From a virus (taxonomy: Duplodnaviria; Heunggongvirae; Uroviricota; Caudoviricetes), in IMG/VR virus record IMGVR_UViG_2897346870_000004, positions 1 to 48,908 of that record: DNA of 48,908 nt; one strand, given 5' to 3'. The translations under genes were made by a program, and so were the position numbers. The notes below the pieces were generated by a model. It saw only the letters and a program-made list of their open reading frames with translations, was not told where the DNA came from and searched no databases. Shown here piece by piece: positions 9,909-18,341 of this stretch (within the stretch, counting starts at the first letter, position 1; every line of letters starts with the position of its first letter).

Positions 9909-10766
9909 ATGCTGTTTGTGCTTATTCTAAGCAACCGGGCAGCATCATACGGGGCAATTATGGCCGCATTACCATACATGCAACTGTACATAGCTGATTA
10001 CCTGGCTGACACCATGCATTTGTCAGCAGAGGAGCACGGTGCGTATTTGTTGCTGATGTTCAATTACTGGCAAACAGGAAAGCCAATACCCAAAAACAGG
10101 CTGGCAAAAATTGCCCGTCTGACTAACGAGCGATGGGCTGATGTTGAACCATCCTTGCGGGAGTTTTTTTGCGATAACGGCGAGGAATGGGTGCATCTTC
10201 GGATTGAGGAAGATCTGGCATCAGTCAGGGAAAAATTAACCAAAAAATCAGCCGCAGGAAAAGCATCTGTTCAGGCCAGAAGAAGCAGAAAGGAAGCAGA
10301 TGTTCAAACAAAACAAGAGAGAAATTTAACAGGTGTTCAAACAGATGTTGAAGTGGTGTTTGAACATGATGCCAACACAAAGGCAACTAATAAAGATACA
10401 GATAAAGATCTAAAAACAGATCCCCCCCTAAATCCCCCCCGGGGGAATCGAGGTGTCAAAAAGTTTGACCCTCTGGATATTGTTTTGCCGAACTGGATTT
10501 CTGTCTCGCTTTGGCGTGAGTGGGTTGAATTTCGCCAGGCATTGCGTAAACCGATTCGAACGGAGCAGGGCGCTAACGGGGCGATACGGGAACTGGAAAA
10601 ATTCCGCCAGCAGGGTTTTACCCCTGAGCAGGTGATTCGACATAGCATCGCCAATGAATACCAGGGCTTGTTCGCGCCGAAAGGTGTTCGGCCTGAGACG
10701 TTGCTCAGACAGGTTAACACCGTCTCGTTGCCGGACAGTGCGATCCCGCCAGGCTTCAGGGGGTAA
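9909..10766 (+). CDS. ydaU: Replication-module protein YdaU (DUF1376-like)
   Basis: 285-aa ORF upstream of the DnaC-like loader; conserved opening MAALPYMQLYIADYLADT. Confidence 0.75.
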   Translation: MLFVLILSNRAASYGAIMAALPYMQLYIADYLADTMHLSAEEHGAYLLLMFNYWQTGKPIPKNRLAKIARLTNERWADVEPSLREFFCDNGEEWVHLRIEEDLASVREKLTKKSAAGKASVQARRSRKEADVQTKQERNLTGVQTDVEVVFEHDANTKATNKDTDKDLKTDPPLNPPRGNRGVKKFDPLDIVLPNWISVSLWREWVEFRQALRKPIRTEQGANGAIRELEKFRQQGFTPEQVIRHSIANEYQGLFAPKGVRPETLLRQVNTVSLPDSAIPPGFRG

Positions 10767-10772
10767 CGAACC

Positions 10773-11519
10773 ATGAAAAATATTGCGACAGGCGGCGTTC
10801 TGGAACGCATCCGCCGACTGACCCCGCCACATGTAACCGCCCCATTCAGAACGGTAGCGGAGTGGCGCGAGTGGCAACTTGCTGAAGGCCAGAAACGTAG
10901 CGAGGAGATCAACCGCCTGAATCGCCAGTTGCGGGTGGAAAAAATTCTGAATCGCTCAGGCATCCAGCCGTTGCACCGTAAATGCTCGTTTGCGAATTAC
11001 CAGGTGCAGAACGACGGCCAGCGATACGCGTTAAGCCAGGCGAAATCCATCGCCGATGAACTGATGACCGGGTGTACAAATTTTGCGTTCAGCGGAAAAC
11101 CTGGTACCGGGAAGAATCACTTAGCGGCAGCTATCGGGAATCGCCTGCTGAAAGACGGTCAGACAGTGATTGTGGTTACCGTGGCTGATGTTATGAGTGC
11201 CCTCCACGCCAGCTATGACGACGGGCAGTCAGGCGAAAAATTTTTGCGGGAACTGTGCGAAGTGGATCTGCTGGTTCTTGATGAAATTGGCATTCAGCGC
11301 GAGACGAAAAACGAGCAGGTGGTACTGCACCAGATTATTGATCGACGGACAGCGTCGATGCGTAGCGTGGGAATGCTGACAAACCTGAACTATGAGGCCA
11401 TGAAAACATTGCTCGGCGAGCGGATTATGGATCGCATGACCATGAACGGCGGGCGATGGGTGAATTTTAACTGGGAGAGCTGGCGTCCGAATGTCGTCCA
11501 GCCAGGAATTGCGAAGTAA
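10773..11519 (+). CDS. ydaV: DnaC/IstB-like AAA+ helicase loader YdaV
   Basis: Walker [11 protein letters not shown] and Walker B LLVLDEIG motifs. Confidence 0.85.
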   Translation: MKNIATGGVLERIRRLTPPHVTAPFRTVAEWREWQLAEGQKRSEEINRLNRQLRVEKILNRSGIQPLHRKCSFANYQVQNDGQRYALSQAKSIADELMTGCTNFAFSGKPGTGKNHLAAAIGNRLLKDGQTVIVVTVADVMSALHASYDDGQSGEKFLRELCEVDLLVLDEIGIQRETKNEQVVLHQIIDRRTASMRSVGMLTNLNYEAMKTLLGERIMDRMTMNGGRWVNFNWESWRPNVVQPGIAK

Positions 11520-11541
11520 TTTTTACCGGGAGAAAAATTTA

Positions 11542-12114
11542 ATGGAGACTGTTTTTGACGCACTGAAAGCAATGGGGAAAGCTACGTCGGTAGAACTGGC
11601 TGCGCGACTTGATATCAGTCGTGAAGAAGTGCTGAACGAGCTGTGGGAACTGAAAAAGGCTGGCTTCGTTGATAAAAGCGTATACACCTGGCGCGTGGCT
11701 GATAACAACGTTCAGCAGGAACAGCCAGAGCAGGCAGAACTGCCGGAAGAAACCACCACGGCAACAGTCGCAAAAATTTCGGAGTGCGATTTAACTGCGA
11801 CGATTGAACAACGTGGCCCACAAACGGCGGATGAACTGGCTACGTTTTTCGGCATCACATCACGCAAAGTGGCTTCAACGCTGGCAATGGCAATCAGTAA
11901 AGGTCGTCTGATTCGCGTTAATCAGAACGGTAAATTTCGTTACTGCATGCCGGGCGATAATTTACCAGCAGAGCCGAAAGCTGCATCGGTAGCGGAAACT
12001 GATGGTAAAGCCTTTCCTCAGCCAGCCGGTGTTGCGTTACCAGTACAGGAAGCGGCAACACAGGAAGATATTAAAACAGAAACTGTGGCGGACATTGTGC
12101 AGTCGCTGCCATAG
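11542..12114 (+). CDS. ydaW: YdaW-like protein (DUF1627-like), apparently full length
   Basis: Start at ATG 11542 with GGGAGA RBS just after the ydaV stop; [33 protein letters not shown]-like N-terminus. Confidence 0.55.
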   Translation: METVFDALKAMGKATSVELAARLDISREEVLNELWELKKAGFVDKSVYTWRVADNNVQQEQPEQAELPEETTTATVAKISECDLTATIEQRGPQTADELATFFGITSRKVASTLAMAISKGRLIRVNQNGKFRYCMPGDNLPAEPKAASVAETDGKAFPQPAGVALPVQEAATQEDIKTETVADIVQSLP

Positions 12115-12318
12115 TTTACTGAAACGCAAGCGGATGACCTGGTTTTACCATCGCTGCATATGGCAAACCGCGAACTGCGTCGGGCGAAAAATCATGTCCA
12201 GAAGTGGGAGCGAGTCTGCGCCGCGCTGCGGGAGCTGAACAAGCACCGGGATATTGTCCGACAGATTGTCGATTCCTCCAGTCGTATTGTGTCGGAAAAG
12301 TGATTGCCGGAGGCGCTT

Positions 12319-12735
12319 ATGGCAAAAGTTTTTACACAGGAAGAGCGTGAAAAAATTAAGGAGCAGGTTGTTGAGTTGGTACGCCAGAGTGGGCGCGAGA
12401 CGTTAAGTCAACTGGAGGCCAAGACAGGTGCGACAAGATATCTGATGAGCATTCTTGCCAGAGAGTTGGTTGCCAGTGGCGATGTATACAACTCTGGCTA
12501 TGGGTTATTCCCGTCTGAACAGGCTCGTAAGGATTGGAAAAACGCCCGCAAAAAACTATCCAGGGCAAAGGTGAAAAAAACGGTTGTGGTTGATCCTGAC
12601 CTTATCTGGTCATTACCAGACGGAGAAATACGCCGCTATGACAGGCGTCAGAACATAATCTGTCGCGAGTGCCGGAAGAGTGAAGTTATGAAACGTGTAC
12701 TGGCATTTTATCAAGGAAATCTTCGGTATTTATAG
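12319..12735 (+). CDS. Hypothetical protein (about 138 aa)
   Basis: GGAGG RBS 5 nt upstream of ATG 12319; MAKVFTQEEREKIKEQVVELVRQSGRETLSQLEAKTGATR; no family recognised. Confidence 0.5.
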   Translation: MAKVFTQEEREKIKEQVVELVRQSGRETLSQLEAKTGATRYLMSILARELVASGDVYNSGYGLFPSEQARKDWKNARKKLSRAKVKKTVVVDPDLIWSLPDGEIRRYDRRQNIICRECRKSEVMKRVLAFYQGNLRYL

Positions 12736-12781
12736 ACGTTACTAGATCAAAGAGCATTAGTTCATATGTAAATTGACATTT

Positions 12782-12828
12782 TTCTGGCACAGGGGAGAGC
12801 TAGCGTGGTTGTCCGCTTTGTGCCAGAA
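12782..12828. repeat. 10-bp perfect inverted repeat TTCTGGCACA / TGTGCCAGAA separated by 27 nt
   Basis: Direct reading; at the left boundary of the AT-rich island, no following T-run. Confidence 0.5.
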
Positions 12829-12942
12829 GCGGAAGTTGCTAAAACGGTTTACCGTGTCCAAAGGAGTCAGGGGCAACAACGCGATATTGCTGACTGAGGT
12901 TTGGATCTAATCCTAGGACATGTCAGGAGCAATGCTAATCTA

Positions 12943-12971
12943 TTCATTAAAGCAGAGTATATGCCTATAAT
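12943..12971 (+). promoter_or_regulatory. Candidate sigma70 promoter (TTCATT, 17-nt spacer, TATAAT)
   Basis: Perfect -10 hexamer with a 17-nt spacer to a weak -35, about 84 bp upstream of the 13055 start. Confidence 0.3.
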
Positions 12972-13054
12972 TTAGAACCTTGCTATGGACATGAAAATGT
13001 GTAACATGCAATAGATCTCTACACACAGCAGGATTCCTACACCAAGGAGTGTTT

Positions 13055-13456
13055 ATGATTAACGAATCCAGTCCTTTCCCAGACAACGAAATTATATCCT
13101 TCTATGACTGTACTGGCATGTCCATTTTTTATCTACATAGTGATGGTGAAAGTTTTTATCACTATGACGGAACCCCACTAGCCTATTTATATAATAATGA
13201 ATATATGGTTTCATATTCAGGTCAGTATTTAGGTTGGCTATATAATGGGAGTATTATAGATTATAAAAATGGGGCTTATGTTTTTTTTACAGCTTATAGT
13301 TCTGGTGGGCCATCGCGACCAAGCCGAAAGTCTCGACCAAGTCGATTATCAAGAAGGAGCAGACCTGCTAAATTAATTCGTAATAGTCGACCGTCACGAC
13401 CTTCAAGACAAACCAGATGGAGCGAGCGAAGCAACATGAGTTTTTTCAGTAGTTAA
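13055..13456 (+). CDS. Hypothetical 133-aa protein: fourfold beta-hairpin-like repeat domain plus Ser/Arg/Pro-rich tail (cassette gene 1)
   Basis: AAGGAG RBS 5 nt before ATG 13055; four repeats of Y-x-x-x-G-x-x-[LIV]-x-[YWF]-[LF] (YDCTGMSIFYL, YDGTPLAYL, YSGQYLGWL, YKNGAYVFF); C-terminal SRPSR repeats; AT-rich. Confidence 0.6.
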   Translation: MINESSPFPDNEIISFYDCTGMSIFYLHSDGESFYHYDGTPLAYLYNNEYMVSYSGQYLGWLYNGSIIDYKNGAYVFFTAYSSGGPSRPSRKSRPSRLSRRSRPAKLIRNSRPSRPSRQTRWSERSNMSFFSS

Positions 13457-13534
13457 ATTCTCGTTGTATTAAAAAATAGATTGATTTGAAAGTTAGCATA
13501 TTTACCTACTATCAAATAATGAAAAGGGTTAAAG

Positions 13535-14950
13535 ATGAGTAATCTTCCTACTACAGTAAATACAACCGCAGTAACCACTGGTGTTGATAATTTCACGACG
13601 TCATTAACTACTTACCTCACCGATTTGAATCTTCCGGCAAACGGCGTTTTAGTCGGCAATGATCAGAGGTACACTGTAATTGATAACTTCCCAAAGGTTA
13701 TTGGTGGTATTGACAGTGCAAGGCTTTCAGATTCGTTATATCTATCAAAGTTTATTGCAGCGTGCGGCGCTGGCCTTTTTGATGCAGCACTAAATTTTTT
13801 ATGGAATGAAACAGTAGTAAATTTGAGATGGAAGGTTTCCCTTAACGATATAGACTATTTTTATGACAGTATTGTCACTGACACAAAAAGAAGAGATAAG
13901 CTTAAAACTGTAGATGATTTAGTTAATATAGAGGAGTGGGAGCTTGTTAAGGGTTGCCACTTAACGGGATTACTTTCGGATATAGGTTTTAAACATCTTG
14001 ATTATATAAGAGATATGAGGAACTGGGCTAGTGCAGCACATCCTAACCAAAGTCAGCTAACAGGATTCATGCTCATCTCATGGCTTGAAACCTGCATCAA
14101 AGAAGTGATTGCGAAAGAACCAGAACCTTCTGCATTACAAATAAAGAGAGTACTATCTAACATCAGAGGCGCTAACTTAGAAGGCGATGACTTAGCCCAT
14201 ATAAAATCTGCGATGGAAAACCTACCTCAAGATGTTGTTGATTCTTTCTTAAGAACTATATTTGGGATGTATACTAATGATAACGCGGCTGTACAGGTTA
14301 AGAATAATATAAAAGGAATTGCAAAAAAATGTTGGGATCTTTCGTCAGAAACTACGAAGTATAGTTGTGGTATAAGATATCAATCTTTTGCAGCTAACGG
14401 AGAGAGAGCTAGGAAAGATGCGGCTAATGAGTTTTTAACTACTGTATCTGGTCTTCCATATCTTCCATCAGACTCTTTGGCTGTTGAAATATCAATCAGA
14501 GTGACAAATTTATACCAAGCCCATTTTGGATGGAATAATTTCCATAATGAACCTGCTCATGCATCCTCTTTGGCAGCATATATCTCCTCTGCTGGGAATG
14601 TCCCTGACTCAGTTCGATTTGAATATGTTAAGACTATAGTTTTGTGTTATTTGGGCAACAGCTATGGAGTGTCTAATATGGCCGTTTCTTACTATGAAGA
14701 AATGATTGGTAAGTTCGGCGAGGCAGAGTTAAAAGAGTTCGTAAAAATAATTTATGATAAAGACGTGATATCTAGGCTTGCAACTCAAACATGTGCTTCT
14801 CGATATAAACATATAGCATCCAATTTTGTTAGCAGAACTACCAATCAAATAACCTCGCAAGCTCTTAATGCGATCATAGCATCGACTGCTCTCCAGTTAC
14901 CGAACCTATCGAAAGCAACGGCCTACGATAAACTTATTCGCTCATACTAA
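13535..14950 (+). CDS. Hypothetical 471-aa protein with HEPN-like R-x6-H motif (candidate abortive-infection effector; cassette gene 2)
   Basis: AAAGGG RBS; co-oriented 78 bp downstream of gene 1; followed by a strong terminator; motif RDMRNWASAAH at residues 159-169; no Walker A; AT-rich. Confidence 0.7.
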   Translation: MSNLPTTVNTTAVTTGVDNFTTSLTTYLTDLNLPANGVLVGNDQRYTVIDNFPKVIGGIDSARLSDSLYLSKFIAACGAGLFDAALNFLWNETVVNLRWKVSLNDIDYFYDSIVTDTKRRDKLKTVDDLVNIEEWELVKGCHLTGLLSDIGFKHLDYIRDMRNWASAAHPNQSQLTGFMLISWLETCIKEVIAKEPEPSALQIKRVLSNIRGANLEGDDLAHIKSAMENLPQDVVDSFLRTIFGMYTNDNAAVQVKNNIKGIAKKCWDLSSETTKYSCGIRYQSFAANGERARKDAANEFLTTVSGLPYLPSDSLAVEISIRVTNLYQAHFGWNNFHNEPAHASSLAAYISSAGNVPDSVRFEYVKTIVLCYLGNSYGVSNMAVSYYEEMIGKFGEAELKEFVKIIYDKDVISRLATQTCASRYKHIASNFVSRTTNQITSQALNAIIASTALQLPNLSKATAYDKLIRSY

Positions 14951-14987
14951 ATACTGTGAGACAAAAACAGGCTTAGATCAGATAACA

Positions 14988-15012
14988 GCCCTCTCTATTC
15001 GAGGGCTTTTTT
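14988..15012 (+). terminator. Rho-independent terminator (GCCCTC stem, 7-nt loop, GAGGGC, TTTTTT)
   Basis: Direct reading, 38 bp after the stop of the 471-aa gene. Confidence 0.65.
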
Positions 15013-15102
15013 GTAGGAATGCTTAATTGAATATCCGCTTTTCGCTCAAAGAGGACTAAAATGTTGGCTTGTTTCTGACTTAGAGCATTTAAGGAAGTGC
15101 TG

Positions 15103-15321
15103 GTGGTGACTGGTTGTTGTGTTCCATTTCTACAGAATAAAATCACAGAAACTATACCCAATAGTTGTATTGAATCACTGACGAGACAGCCTCATATTTA
15201 TCAGGACTGGTGTGCGTCTAATACAGGGGGTTGTCGTGCTGGTTCTCAAATGTGCGCTGGCTATTGCGGCTGTAATGGCAATTTATTGTCTTGCTGTTGT
15301 TCTTATGGAGCGGCTTTCTGA
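15103..15321 (+). CDS. Candidate cysteine-rich small protein (about 72 aa, GTG start)
   Basis: AAGGAA RBS 6 nt before GTG 15103; 11 Cys in about 72 residues (GCC, CAGYCGCNGNLLSCCCS); weak support, possibly spurious. Confidence 0.25.
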   Translation: MVTGCCVPFLQNKITETIPNSCIESLTRQPHIYQDWCASNTGGCRAGSQMCAGYCGCNGNLLSCCCSYGAAF

Positions 15322-15473
15322 TTGATTACATACTGGCTAGAAAAAAGGTGTTACCTTGGTTTATCTTTGTCCGGCAAGGTGCGCTCATTAATCTTAAGTA
15401 AATTTATTGCTCAAGTATTCAGATTACTTCTTATGGTTGAAGTCTCCTGTCAATGTAGAACCAATATATTTAC

Positions 15474-15510
15474 AAAAATGAGACCCGTCGGGGATAGCCC
15501 TGCCGGGTCT
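15474..15510 (-). terminator. Hairpin plus T-run terminator for the YeaR-like gene
   Basis: AGACCCG / CGGGTCT stem followed on the minus strand by CATTTTTG, about 30 nt after the stop. Confidence 0.45.
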
Positions 15511-15539
15511 GACTGTTAAAGCATTTTTAATATGATCAT

Positions 15540-15878
15540 CTATTTTTTGGTGCTATAGACTTTTTCGCCCGAGAAGTCTGGAGCGACCCAAAAGTTAATA
15601 TTAAACTGAGCATCATCGCTTAGTTCAACACGGTGCCAGTATTGTGGTGGGCTTGTTGCAAAAGCGCCAGCATTAATGACTACTTTTATCTCCGGTTCAG
15701 TAGCATTCTCATCAGTAAAACCATAATATGTTACAGTGCCTTCCATTACGCACAACTGCCCAAAAACACCTGCTGCTGTATTATGATGTGTTAATAACGC
15801 TGAAGGTACGTTCTCTTTTGTGAAGAACGGAGTTGAGCGTTTGATTACCCAATCTTTAGGAATTCTCTTGTGTGTCAT
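15540..15878 (-). CDS. YeaR-like (DUF1971 / TehB C-terminal-like) protein, 112 aa
   Basis: AGGAGG RBS; motifs RSTPFF, VMEGTVTYYG, EPEIKVVINAGAFATSPPQYWH, FNINFWVAPD resemble my recollection of YeaR; AT-rich moron on the opposite strand to neighbours. Confidence 0.7.
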   Translation of the reverse strand: MTHKRIPKDWVIKRSTPFFTKENVPSALLTHHNTAAGVFGQLCVMEGTVTYYGFTDENATEPEIKVVINAGAFATSPPQYWHRVELSDDAQFNINFWVAPDFSGEKVYSTKK

Positions 15879-15893
15879 AACCACCTCCTCAAA

Positions 15894-15916
15894 AACATGC
15901 ATTATAAATGCGTGTT
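15894..15916. promoter_or_regulatory. NsrR-like 11-1-11 inverted repeat AACATGCATTA-T-AAATGCGTGTT with a TATAAT at its centre on the minus strand
   Basis: Direct reading; 16 bp upstream of the YeaR-like start; resembles the NsrR operator consensus as I recall it (AAnATGCATTT-n-AAATGCATnTT). Confidence 0.4.
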
Positions 15917-16203
15917 TTTGAGGGTTATGTCAAGCTGTTATGAAACACATAATTGATATGTTGATTAGAGGAGAAGATATAATAAATATGGTTGTTTTTC
16001 GTATAACTATTTGTTTTACTTTTAGTTTATGCATTCTGTGTGTTAGGAATAAGTTATTAAAGTTTAATCAAAAAATCTCGATGTAGTCCACATAGATTAT
16101 TGTTACTGAACCTTATTGTGTGTATTAGTTGTGTTCTGAAATTTCAGCTTAATTATTTATGATGTATTTTTTAACGATAAATATTTTCCCAGGATACCTT
16201 TAC

Positions 16204-16230
16204 TGTGTATATAAATAAATTATATACACA
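16204..16230. repeat. 27-bp palindrome TGTGTATATAA-ATAAA-TTATATACACA
   Basis: 11-bp perfect arms with 5-nt spacer inside a roughly 790-bp AT-rich non-coding stretch. Confidence 0.6.
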
Positions 16231-16691
16231 TAAATAATGTAAAGGCGTCCTTTTAGATATATCTTATCAAATGTTAATGACTTGAGTGGGAAATATGATT
16301 CCAGCAACTTATCATGTGGCTACTTTATAAAAATAATGCCCATATAAAACAACAAGCGAAAAGGATTACGGATAAAAAAGGAGCGAGATGTGCGAACTTG
16401 TTATTTTCCATGTTTAACCACCTTAAATAATTGATGATGACGGGATGATTGCATCTGTAATGCTTTTATTGAAATGTTATGATAAAAAAGAACTTTTGCA
16501 TAACATTAAAATGTAATTTATCTAATCGTTTTTAATAATAAATGTCGTATTTCTATCCTTGTACCAGCTATTTGATATGTAGTGTTTGTTCATGCTATGT
16601 GGGGCTTTACACCATAGCCAGTTTATTTATACTTTATTCGTCAGCCTGAACAACTGGCATCTGCTGCGCTGCGCCATCGAGAGATTGAGAA

Positions 16692-17291
16692 ATGGCGCAT
16701 ATACAACTGGTCAAACAAACCTCTTCTGGTTTACTTCTCCCGGCGACGCCGGAGAGTTGCGATTTTCTGCATCAAATCAAAATAGGTGAGTGGATACACG
16801 CAGACTTTAAGCGTGTGCGTAACTACGCATTCCACAAGCGTTTTTTCAAACTCCTGCAACTGGGATTCGATTACTGGACTCCGGTCGGTGGGGCGATCAC
16901 ACCTCGCGAACGAGAACTGCTGTCTGGTTTCGTGGATTACTTGTGCGAATCAGTTGGTCGGGAACACACACCAGCCCTGAGTGATGCCGCAGAGCAATAT
17001 CTAAATACAGTTGCGACACGCAGAACTCGGGATACGGCATTGCTAAAGTCGTTTGAGGCTTTCCGCGAGTGGGTAACCATTCAGGCCGGATTTTACACCG
17101 AGCATATTTATCCGGACGGTAGCCGTGGGCGCAGGGCGAAATCCATCGCGTTTGCGAATATGGACGAAACCGAGTTTCAGCAGGTTTATAAATCTGTTCT
17201 GAATGTGCTGTGGAACTGGATTCTGTTCCGTAAATTCTCCTCTCAGGAGGAAGTTGAAAATGTGGCCGCACAACTACTGGAGTTTGCGTAA
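16692..17291 (+). CDS. Nin-region protein (DUF1367-like)
   Basis: 199-aa ORF at the start of the nin/Q module; family call from recollection. Confidence 0.5.
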   Translation: MAHIQLVKQTSSGLLLPATPESCDFLHQIKIGEWIHADFKRVRNYAFHKRFFKLLQLGFDYWTPVGGAITPRERELLSGFVDYLCESVGREHTPALSDAAEQYLNTVATRRTRDTALLKSFEAFREWVTIQAGFYTEHIYPDGSRGRRAKSIAFANMDETEFQQVYKSVLNVLWNWILFRKFSSQEEVENVAAQLLEFA

Positions 17292-17581
17292 TGGTGAATT
17301 TACGTAAAGCGGCTAAAGGCCAGATGTGCCAGATCAGAATCCCTGGCTACTGCAATCACAATCCCGAAACCTCTGTGCTGGCGCATTACAGGCTGGCGGG
17401 GACGTGCGGAACAGCGACAAAACCACACGATATGCAGGCAGCGATTGCCTGTAGCTCATGCCACGATTTAATCGACGGGCGGGTAAAAACCAGCGATTAC
17501 ACCAAAGAAGAATTACGCCTGATGCATGCAGAAGGTGTTTTTCGCACACAAGAAATCTGGAGAAAGGAAGGTTATTTATGA
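17291..17581 (+). CDS. YbcO-like protein (DUF1364, Cys-rich)
   Basis: 96-aa ORF, TAATG-coupled to the upstream gene; Cys motifs CQIRIPGYCNHNPETSVLAH and ACSSCHD. Confidence 0.55.
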   Translation: MVNLRKAAKGQMCQIRIPGYCNHNPETSVLAHYRLAGTCGTATKPHDMQAAIACSSCHDLIDGRVKTSDYTKEELRLMHAEGVFRTQEIWRKEGYL

Positions 17582-18120
17582 TTTACCCAACAAATACAGG
17601 CAAAAGCGGGGAACACCTTCGTCTCACCACGCTGGAAAGTGTCTGGATTCAGGGAAAACTGCGCATGTGGGGGCGCTGGTCGTATATTGGCGGCGGTAAG
17701 ACGGGAAATATGTTTAACCAGTTGCTGGCATCCAAAAAATTGACGAAAACAGCCGTCAATGAAGCCCTGCGCAGGATGAAAAAAGCGGGAATAGAGAAAC
17801 CTGAGCTGGAAGCGTTTTTGCGAGAGATGATCAATGGCAAGCAAAAGACCTGGCTGGCGCATTGTACTGATGCAGAGGCGTTATGTATTGATAGAGTCAT
17901 AAGTGAGGTGCTGGCAGAGCATCCTGGATTGATTAGTGTCCTCCGGCAACGGTATGAAGGACGGGGGATGACTAAGCGCAAAATGGCTGAATTGCTAAAT
18001 GATGCACATCCTGAGTGGTGTTTTAGCACATGCGAAAAGCGAATTGCTAATTGGTTGGCTGTTGCTGAGTATGCCCTATATATTCCCATGCGAGAATCAT
18101 TTGCTCAAAAAATAGCTTGA
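17578..18120 (+). CDS. Putative late-gene antiterminator Q (phage 82-type family)
   Basis: ATGA-coupled start at 17578; LRMWGRWSYIGGG motif resembles Q82-type antiterminators as I recall them; position immediately upstream of the lysis region. Confidence 0.55.
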   Translation: MIYPTNTGKSGEHLRLTTLESVWIQGKLRMWGRWSYIGGGKTGNMFNQLLASKKLTKTAVNEALRRMKKAGIEKPELEAFLREMINGKQKTWLAHCTDAEALCIDRVISEVLAEHPGLISVLRQRYEGRGMTKRKMAELLNDAHPEWCFSTCEKRIANWLAVAEYALYIPMRESFAQKIA

Positions 18121-18204
18121 TTTTTTACGCATAAACTGCTTCAATTCCGGTATGCTTCGCAAAGCTGTATCGCGAGGCGAACCAAGCGCATGAACTTTAC
18201 CAGA

Positions 18205-18232
18205 ACCCGCCATTGAGCGGGTTTTGTTGTTT
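18205..18232 (+). terminator. tR'-like intrinsic terminator (ACCCGC-cattga-GCGGGT-TTTGTTGTTT)
   Basis: Hairpin plus T-rich tract about 85 bp downstream of the Q stop. Confidence 0.5.
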
Positions 18233-18341
18233 CTGGTACTGGCGAACCTGATGTTTCATTTCTGGAGCGCGATTCCTGGCGGAATACCTAGAATCGAGAC
18301 ATTCTGGTAAAATTGTTTTCAGTACAGGATGTGGAGGTGAG

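Noticed and set aside
10337-10963. 208-aa and 149-aa minus-strand ORFs across ydaU/ydaV
   Set aside because: Antisense to two well-supported genes (Walker-motif DnaC-like loader and YdaU); no RBS; Arg/Ser-rich composition.
12160-12303. 47-aa ORF (MANRELRRAKNHVQKWERVCAALRELNKHRDIVRQIVDSSSRIVSEK) between ydaW and the 12319 gene
   Set aside because: No RBS and in the same frame as the ydaW stop region; could be a real short peptide, but evidence is too weak to list as a gene.
14973-15161. 62-aa minus-strand ORF over the cassette terminator
   Set aside because: Runs through a strong intrinsic terminator hairpin and has no RBS; more likely non-coding.
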